From positions 72,089-136,088 of the forward strand of contig CAZEEV010000001.1 of NCBI GenBank assembly GCA_964511345.1: DNA of 64,000 nucleotides, read 5' to 3'. The notes beneath the pieces were generated by a model that had not been told where the DNA came from, searched no databases, and saw nothing but the letters and a program-made list of their open reading frames with translations. Position 1 is the stretch's first letter. Every line of letters begins with the position of its first letter. Both the position numbers and the translations under genes were made by a program. Of the stretch, positions 58,169-64,000 are shown in pieces. This DNA comes from an uncultured Pseudomonadales bacterium. GTDB lineage: Bacteria; Patescibacteriota; Microgenomatia; UBA1400; PJMF01.

Positions 58169-58870
58169 ATGAACAGATCAGCTCTCGAAATGGCAGCAAG
58201 TATTGGGGTCGACCCAACACAAATGAATGAACAATGGAGATCGCTTAATGGTATTAATTTATCGTCGGCACTAAAAGATTTGGGGAAAGAAATTAACATT
58301 AGTGATTTGCAGTGGAATACAATTCTGGCTCAAGCAGGGTTAGGATTAATGAACAGCTTGGATTCCAGAATTGTTTCATTACAAAATAAAGCTGTTGAGC
58401 AAGCAACTGCCATTGAATTAAGACAAATGTTTGGCAAACCATTGTCTTTATTAGCTATGCCGGTTTTTGTCGAATTAGAAAAAATAGAGGTTGCTTCCAA
58501 GGTTTCTTTGAAAGAAGAGTCAATTTCCATGTCTCAAATTTGGGAGCAAATTAACAATCGCTTGCTTTATATGATTCAACTTTTTTTAGCTGAAAGAATT
58601 AACTCATTGGAAGAAGAAAAAAAGTCTCATGAAGAAGCTTTGAAAAATTCAAAGGCGGAAGCTGAAGGAATGCCTGCTTTGGCAGAAACAAGCAAAGAAG
58701 TTGGGGAGCAGTTTGATAAAAAATTTAAAACGTTAGATAAAGAAAAAGAGTCTTTATTAAATATTTTTAATAAAGTAACAAAAAACATAGCTGGTTCGAT
58801 TGAAAATGTATTTGAAACAACAGTTTTTAGTGCTAGTTTGCAAAGTGTTAATCCAGCGCCAGTTCAGTAA
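58169..58870 (+). CDS. hypothetical helical/coiled-coil protein downstream of the riboswitch
   Basis: 233 aa from MNRSALE; SD GAAAGG; no recognisable B12-related motif. Confidence 0.75.
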   Translation: MNRSALEMAASIGVDPTQMNEQWRSLNGINLSSALKDLGKEINISDLQWNTILAQAGLGLMNSLDSRIVSLQNKAVEQATAIELRQMFGKPLSLLAMPVFVELEKIEVASKVSLKEESISMSQIWEQINNRLLYMIQLFLAERINSLEEEKKSHEEALKNSKAEAEGMPALAETSKEVGEQFDKKFKTLDKEKESLLNIFNKVTKNIAGSIENVFETTVFSASLQSVNPAPVQ

Positions 58871-58918
58871 CTCTGGAACAGAGTGATAAGAGAGATAGGC
58901 GTTTCTAGATAAAGACAA

Positions 58919-59290
58919 TTAGTTTTGAGAAATTTGCAGTTTGTGAGACCTCCTGTATTCTGGCAGTATCTTTTCAAGCCATTTTTTCTTCCCATTGCCT
59001 TTTTTTATTTCAGTTTCTCCTTCTTCAAATAGAAAATGGTCCTCTGTATATGTACCATTAGGTTTTATATATCTAATACCAATTACAAAGCAGTTTTTTC
59101 TTGAGATTGGTATTGAAAAGCTTTTATTAACAATTTTATGATTTGCTGGTCTCAACCCTGTGCCTTGATTTTGTAACAATTCTATGGCTTTATTGAATAC
59201 TATTTTTCCATTCTCTTTGGTCTGATTTGCGTAATAGTTATCACTACAAATTTTTAGTTCATCATATGGATTAAGTTTTTGACTTGACAT
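58919..59290 (-). CDS. hypothetical protein
   Basis: 123-aa ORF co-directional with the HEPN gene. Confidence 0.6.
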   Translation of the reverse strand: MSSQKLNPYDELKICSDNYYANQTKENGKIVFNKAIELLQNQGTGLRPANHKIVNKSFSIPISRKNCFVIGIRYIKPNGTYTEDHFLFEEGETEIKKGNGKKKWLEKILPEYRRSHKLQISQN

Positions 59291-59366
59291 AATTATTTTT
59301 CAGTTTTCTATTTATTAAATCATCAGGTAATTTTTTTACTTAGCTGTAAAATCTCTAGAGTTTTTT

Positions 59367-60254
59367 CTATACTCGCTGTTGCTTCTTAATTCTTTTTAAT
59401 TCAAAAATACTTTTTTGCTCACCCACTGGCAACTTTTCTTCTATTATAATCCCGATACCAGAAAGTAATATGTCACAGGTTTTATAAAAAATTGTTGTAC
59501 AAAAATCATCCAAATCTTGCTCTTTTGATAATGGCCGATTATTGACTTTAATTGGCATTGCCTTTGATTTGATTACTCCAATTTTTGAATTATCATGAAC
59601 AAATTGAATATTTATCGTGCCAGTTGAAAGTGACCCAGCGTGTACTGCGTAATTCCTTCTAGATTTAGTCCCATTGTCGTTCTTAAACTCATTGATGAGT
59701 TGAAGAAAAGGTTGAGAATCGAGAAATTGTTTAATTTGAGCCCCGAATCCTGAAACTTTATCAATTTGATTCATTTCATTGATTAATTTCATTATGTTGT
59801 CTGACTTAAAACCAATTATTGATGAAAAAATAATCGCCAAAATATCCAATGAACTTCTTAGTGTCACAAGCATTGCTTCATAGTCATATCCAATTGGTTC
59901 GTAACTTGTACCAAAACTACCCCAGGTCCTAGCTGGAATTTTTGACTTTCTTTTTCTAGCAACTTCCGTACCCAAGTCTATTATTAATTTTTCATTTTCT
60001 TTTATTCGTTGAAGATGATAAAAACTACCGTTAATTTTGTTGAAAAGGCTTGATAATTGACCTTTGAAGAGATCTAAATCAACTAAATTATTTTTTAAAT
60101 TGTTTTTTTTTCTTTCCAAAATTTTTAAATAGTTAGTTTGGGCGAGCCAAGTATAGTGGGGCCAATACAATTCTCTTAAGGTATACATTTTATCGATGAG
60201 TATAAGTTCGTCTTCTGAAAGCTGCGGTATCACAAAATCGTCATTGCCTATCAT
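59367..60254 (-). CDS. HEPN-domain protein (Cthe_2314-like), putative RNase toxin
   Basis: YEAMLVTLRSSLDILA helix and R-x4-H motif RNYAVH. Confidence 0.7.
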   Translation of the reverse strand: MIGNDDFVIPQLSEDELILIDKMYTLRELYWPHYTWLAQTNYLKILERKKNNLKNNLVDLDLFKGQLSSLFNKINGSFYHLQRIKENEKLIIDLGTEVARKRKSKIPARTWGSFGTSYEPIGYDYEAMLVTLRSSLDILAIIFSSIIGFKSDNIMKLINEMNQIDKVSGFGAQIKQFLDSQPFLQLINEFKNDNGTKSRRNYAVHAGSLSTGTINIQFVHDNSKIGVIKSKAMPIKVNNRPLSKEQDLDDFCTTIFYKTCDILLSGIGIIIEEKLPVGEQKSIFELKRIKKQQRV

Positions 60255-60327
60255 ATTTATCTTTTTTTATATTTCTCAATTATCTGCGATGGACCTAGAG
60301 TCGCTATGGGTTCAAAATCGGTTGGTG

Positions 60328-60398
60328 ATCCCGGGCCAGGATTCGAACCTAGAATAATTGATTCAGAGTCAATGGTGATGCCATTTCACTACCCGGGA
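60328..60398 (-). tRNA. tRNA-Gln (anticodon CTG)
   Basis: TCCCGGG/CCCGGGA acceptor, ATTGA-CTCTGAA-TCAAT anticodon arm, CTAGG-TTCGAAT-CCTGG T arm. Confidence 0.95.
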
Positions 60399-60464
60399 GG
60401 GTAAATTTTATGTTTTTTTACCTTCTGATTATATAACAAATATTAGTAAACATGGAATTAATTC

Positions 60465-60505
60465 TTGAGGGGATAAAATCATTGATAAATTATTTATCCC
60501 CTCAA
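60465..60505. terminator. perfect 13-bp inverted repeat, probable terminator
   Basis: TTGAGGGGATAAA…TTTATCCCCTCAA immediately after the stop of the 60511 ORF. Confidence 0.6.
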
Positions 60506-60510
60506 TTTAT

Positions 60511-60810
60511 TTAGGTTTTTTGGATGGTATCGTTAGTTATTAAATATACATAAACGGTGTTACAGTTTTCTGTTCCTCCTCCAGAATCGCCTTTCATTCC
60601 TAAGCTCAAAAAATATTTTTCAATTATTCTAACCTCTTCTTCATTACTTGAAACTCTATAAATCCATCCGTAACTATTTTTATTCACACAATGTTCTTCA
60701 AAAAGTCTTCGTTCGACATTATTAGTTATTCCTACATAACAATTTTCAATTGATATTCTTTTTATGTTTAGATAATTAATAATTTCTGTAATAATTTGGT
60801 TCGCGTTCAT
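60511..60810 (-). CDS. small GIY-YIG-like protein (99 aa)
   Basis: YVGITNNVERRLFEEH…IEKYFL; SD-like AAGGGG before ATG 60810. Confidence 0.65.
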   Translation of the reverse strand: MNANQIITEIINYLNIKRISIENCYVGITNNVERRLFEEHCVNKNSYGWIYRVSSNEEEVRIIEKYFLSLGMKGDSGGGTENCNTVYVYLITNDTIQKT

Positions 60811-61062
60811 AACCCCTTTTTTAAATGGTCTATTTGTCATCCTCTTTACATACAAACACATTTTATAGATAATAAAATTACAACAAATGATGGGAGCGGA
60901 GAGGATTAGTTTCTTTCCGCTTCTAGTTTGCCAAACTAATTTTTTGGCGTTATTCCTTTTTTTTACAAAAACTAATCGCGAATTATGACACTAAATATGG
61001 GGAACTGTAAATTATATATCTATATATAAAAATATATAGGACTAAGTCAATTTTGAGAGTTA

Positions 61063-62556
61063 TTACTTTTTTATCTCCCAAACCTGCAAACATGGGGCTT
61101 GGTTGGGTCGGCAGAAGCTTGCTAAGAGGTCAGATTCAGGTAGATCCATTTTTAAGCGATGTGAGTTAACCACTAATAATTTAACCTCAAATTTGTCGGC
61201 TTTTTGCCAAAAAAAGTTGGGGATTTCTCTGATTGGCTGCCCAATGCCTTCAACATAAATATTTTCTACATTTTTATTGTGTAAATTTAGGAGTATGCCA
61301 TCTGGGAGAGTTCCAAAATAGCCTTCGGTGGCGACAGCGACTTTTTTAGTTTTAGCCAGTTCTTCGATTAAGGCAGTGACTTCTTTAATGCCATGTCCAG
61401 ACGACCATTCTTCTAGATATTGTGACCTATCTGCCTTGCTAAGCTGTAATTGGTCAGTGTCAAAGTAGGCATTTTTAATGAATAAAATACTGGGAATTAA
61501 GATTAATGAGAAGACTAGGTATTGTAAAATTTTTCTATTTTTTAAATTTTGAATTGAAATAGCAGCAGAAGTAATGAAAAACAGACTGCTTGGTAAAGCA
61601 TAGCGAGAATAAAGAATTTTTCCTAAAAAGATTAGGGGTAATAAGAAAACAACACCTGAAAGAAACAAAACGGCTTGTTTTCGTCTAGTTTTGTTGAAAA
61701 GTGGTAAAGATAAGATTAAAACAATGGGTCCCAAATAAAGCCAAAGGTGTTCTAGAAAAAAAGTGCTATTTCTAATGATAATATGCAAAATTTCTGAAGA
61801 AAAAACAGTTTTTGGATCTTGTAAAAAATTTCCTCCTACGGCAAATAGTTGAGTGAAAAGAGGCACGATTCTGAAACTGTAGAAACTAAGGCCAGCAATT
61901 AATACACCAAAACTAATTTTGAAAAATTTATTGAAAATAAACTTTAAATTAATTTTTTCTTCAAAGAAAATAGTTAAATAAAATACAGGAGTAAATAACA
62001 AAGCTGGAGTTTTACTCATAATACTGAGTAAAAAGAAGAAGGCTAAGCCCAAAATTGACCAAGGATTTTTGTGTTTAATAATTCTTAAACTAAAATAATA
62101 AGCAATGCTTAGGTTAGCAAATAGCAAGGCGTCAGTAATAGCTAGGCGATTATGAAAAAAAGTAAAAGGCAGAACACTAAATAAAAACATTGCCACTAAA
62201 GCTGCCTTTTTTTCTTTAAGTTGTTTTAAAATCAAATAAATAAAAACAGTGCTTAGTGCCCCAGCTAACAAAGATAAAAATCTGGCAGCAAACAATTGAT
62301 TACTAAAAATTTTCAAAAAAGGCACAATAAGCCACATTAAAAGTGGAGTTTTGCCATCATTCATGGGATAAAAGAAATAGCGCTTGTAGTCATCAATTAT
62401 TAATTGTGACCAACGAATATAGATTGATTCATCAGCAAAAACTGGCAAAGATGTCAATTTAAAAAAATTTAAGCCGAGATATAAAGCCAACAACAAAACA
62501 AACAAAAATAAATTTTTATTTTTCACGTCTTCTATTAAATAGGAAAACAACCCCAC
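61063..62556 (-). CDS. GT-C fold (PMT/ArnT-like) glycosyltransferase
   Basis: PVFADESIYIRW, DGKTPL..W, RFLS; many TM helices. Confidence 0.82.
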   Translation of the reverse strand: MGLFSYLIEDVKNKNLFLFVLLLALYLGLNFFKLTSLPVFADESIYIRWSQLIIDDYKRYFFYPMNDGKTPLLMWLIVPFLKIFSNQLFAARFLSLLAGALSTVFIYLILKQLKEKKAALVAMFLFSVLPFTFFHNRLAITDALLFANLSIAYYFSLRIIKHKNPWSILGLAFFFLLSIMSKTPALLFTPVFYLTIFFEEKINLKFIFNKFFKISFGVLIAGLSFYSFRIVPLFTQLFAVGGNFLQDPKTVFSSEILHIIIRNSTFFLEHLWLYLGPIVLILSLPLFNKTRRKQAVLFLSGVVFLLPLIFLGKILYSRYALPSSLFFITSAAISIQNLKNRKILQYLVFSLILIPSILFIKNAYFDTDQLQLSKADRSQYLEEWSSGHGIKEVTALIEELAKTKKVAVATEGYFGTLPDGILLNLHNKNVENIYVEGIGQPIREIPNFFWQKADKFEVKLLVVNSHRLKMDLPESDLLASFCRPNQAPCLQVWEIKK

Positions 62557-63709
62557 TAAGCAAGAGGTAGAAGCCAGGGATAGACCAGGTGATTATTTTT
62601 TGTAATGGGAAAAGCGAGCTGCTATCCAGATGAAAACTCATCCACGGGACATAATAGAGCCAAGGGAGATAGCGCAATAATGAAGACAAGGAAAAAACAA
62701 TTAAAAGATTTCTAATAAATTTCTTCTTGATTAAAGGTAAAAAAATCAGTGACCAGAGTAAATACCAAGGCAGAAAATATTTTGAACGCTCGATTAATAA
62801 GGGTGCAAACATAGCAATAGCCGCCAAATCAAAAATATATGAAGTTTTAATCAATTTTTCCAATTGTTTTCTAAATAAGAAATAAATTATGAAAGGTAAC
62901 AGAGCAATCGTAGCGAATTTAATAGAAATTGATACAGCCATTAAAAGAATGATTAAAAATATTTTTAAAAGTTTTTTATTTTGAAAATTGCTGGCAAGAT
63001 AAATCGCTAATAATGCTGGAGCAAGCATCCATAAATCGTTATGAGCACTACTGAGAACTTCAATTAAGAGAAGTGGATTTAAAAAAAACAGAGCGATCTT
63101 AGAATAATTGTTTTGTTTGGAAAGTTTCTCAACAACCAATAAAGCAAAGATTAAGGAAAGTAAAGCAAAAAATTTAAAGATAATAAAAGTGGAGAAAAAT
63201 TTACTAAAACCAGCTAAATATGGCAATATGGACAGTGCTGTCCAACCATAACCGTAGGGAGCGGGAGTGTGGATATTATTCATGAAACGAAGCATGGGTT
63301 CATCAGGAAAATTTAATGCTGTTTTGATGTGAGGATTGGCTCCGAATTCCACTACCATCCTGGCATTAAAGATGTAATTAAAGAGATCATGTGAGAGGGC
63401 ATTGTAAGAAAATACCAAGGGCAAACTAATTAAAATTAAAAATTTCCAGAAACTTTTTCGAGTATTAAGATTTAGTTTTGACCAATTTTTTAAAATTAAC
63501 AGATAGTTAACAAAAATTAATATGATTAATATTCCATAAAAAATAGTTCTAAAATTTTGCATTGGCAAAATATTTTTCCATAAATAAGTTTGAAAAGAGA
63601 TAAAATAATCAGACTTAAGTAGAATTAAATTAGGATCTGTGAGAACAAAAGAAAAAAGCGCAAAAATTACAAACAACAAGAAATAGCTAATCAATAAAAT
63701 GTTTTTCAT
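62516..63709 (-). CDS. GT-C fold polyprenol-phosphate-sugar-dependent glycosyltransferase (MptA-like)
   Basis: SHDLFNY, NP, PYG..W, NPLLLIE…AHND, IKF, PWY..W. Confidence 0.8.
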   Translation of the reverse strand: MKNILLISYFLLFVIFALFSFVLTDPNLILLKSDYFISFQTYLWKNILPMQNFRTIFYGILIILIFVNYLLILKNWSKLNLNTRKSFWKFLILISLPLVFSYNALSHDLFNYIFNARMVVEFGANPHIKTALNFPDEPMLRFMNNIHTPAPYGYGWTALSILPYLAGFSKFFSTFIIFKFFALLSLIFALLVVEKLSKQNNYSKIALFFLNPLLLIEVLSSAHNDLWMLAPALLAIYLASNFQNKKLLKIFLIILLMAVSISIKFATIALLPFIIYFLFRKQLEKLIKTSYIFDLAAIAMFAPLLIERSKYFLPWYLLWSLIFLPLIKKKFIRNLLIVFSLSSLLRYLPWLYYVPWMSFHLDSSSLFPLQKIITWSIPGFYLLLSGVVFLFNRRREK

Positions 63710-63999
63710 TTTTTTGGATATTTATTTGTCCAGTCAGCTAGTTTGATGCGCAAAATATCGGCAAACATTAAGAAAGAATCTCGTAATGGATTAACTCGAT
63801 TAGTTTGAAAATGTTTCCACAGGATTGGCACTTCTTTTAAACTGAAACCATATTTTTTGGCTAAGTATAAAAGCTCAACATCAAAGGCTCCAGTAAAAGC
63901 GTCTTGGCGTTCGTTTTCTCCAGAATAAACATATAAGTTGGCAAACAATTTTTCAGTTGCTGCTTCTGAAAACAATTTAAAGCCACATTGGCTATCTTG
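63706..63999 (-). CDS. GT2 polyprenol-phosphate glycosyltransferase (DPG-synthase-like), 5'-truncated by window edge
   Basis: Open to the window end: QDSQCGFKLF…AFDVELLYLA…EVPILW. Confidence 0.85.
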   Translation of the reverse strand, partial: QDSQCGFKLFSEAATEKLFANLYVYSGENERQDAFTGAFDVELLYLAKKYGFSLKEVPILWKHFQTNRVNPLRDSFLMFADILRIKLADWTNKYPKK

Positions 64000-64000
64000 T

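Noticed and set aside
3867-58530. Numerous short ORF-track entries antisense or out-of-frame within long genes (e.g. 3867-4256, 22056-23789, 39714-41004, 52850-54733)
   Set aside because: These are shadow ORFs overlapping well-supported genes, with no motifs or initiation signals.
60890-60980. c-di-GMP-I riboswitch (GGCAAAC on the minus strand)
   Set aside because: It lacks the GNRA-capped P2 and the GACGCAAAG continuation.
1-64000. CRISPR arrays, rRNA, IS transposases, recoded TGA
   Set aside because: None seen; genes such as the P-type ATPase and recJ end in TGA, and conserved proteins are uninterrupted under code 11.

Overview
AT-rich bacterial chromosomal segment using the standard code (TGA is a stop). 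Gene content and style suggest a Patescibacteria/CPR genome, probably Microgenomates-like (inference). Most of the window is housekeeping (metG, aspS, gltX, dnaX, frr, secDF, cca, recJ, prmC, xth), surface glycosylation (UbiA-type, WecA-like, GT2, GT-C) and fermentation (class I aldolase, pflBA, ADP-forming acetyl-CoA synthetase, a CoaD-CoaE fusion). Five features stand out. (1) An unannotated ribosome-dependent attenuator with a Phe/aromatic-rich leader peptide precedes an unannotated 50-aa CCHC zinc-knuckle microprotein (11.1-11.6 kb). (2) A 6.4-kb element is integrated in tRNA-Glu(CTC); its attachment site lies inside the 3' end of its large serine recombinase gene, so integration swaps the recombinase C-terminus and displaces the tRNA's encoded CCA. 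Its cargo is an SDH/ClpP-class protease with a small partner ORF and a stand-alone OLD nuclease. (3) A minimal cobalamin-class riboswitch with terminator/antiterminator sits upstream of an unknown gene (57.9-58.9 kb). (4) A HEPN-containing accessory patch flanks tRNA-Gln(CTG). (5) -10 hexamers lie just upstream of many start codons, indicating widespread leaderless mRNAs. All calls come from reading motifs by eye; no searches were run.
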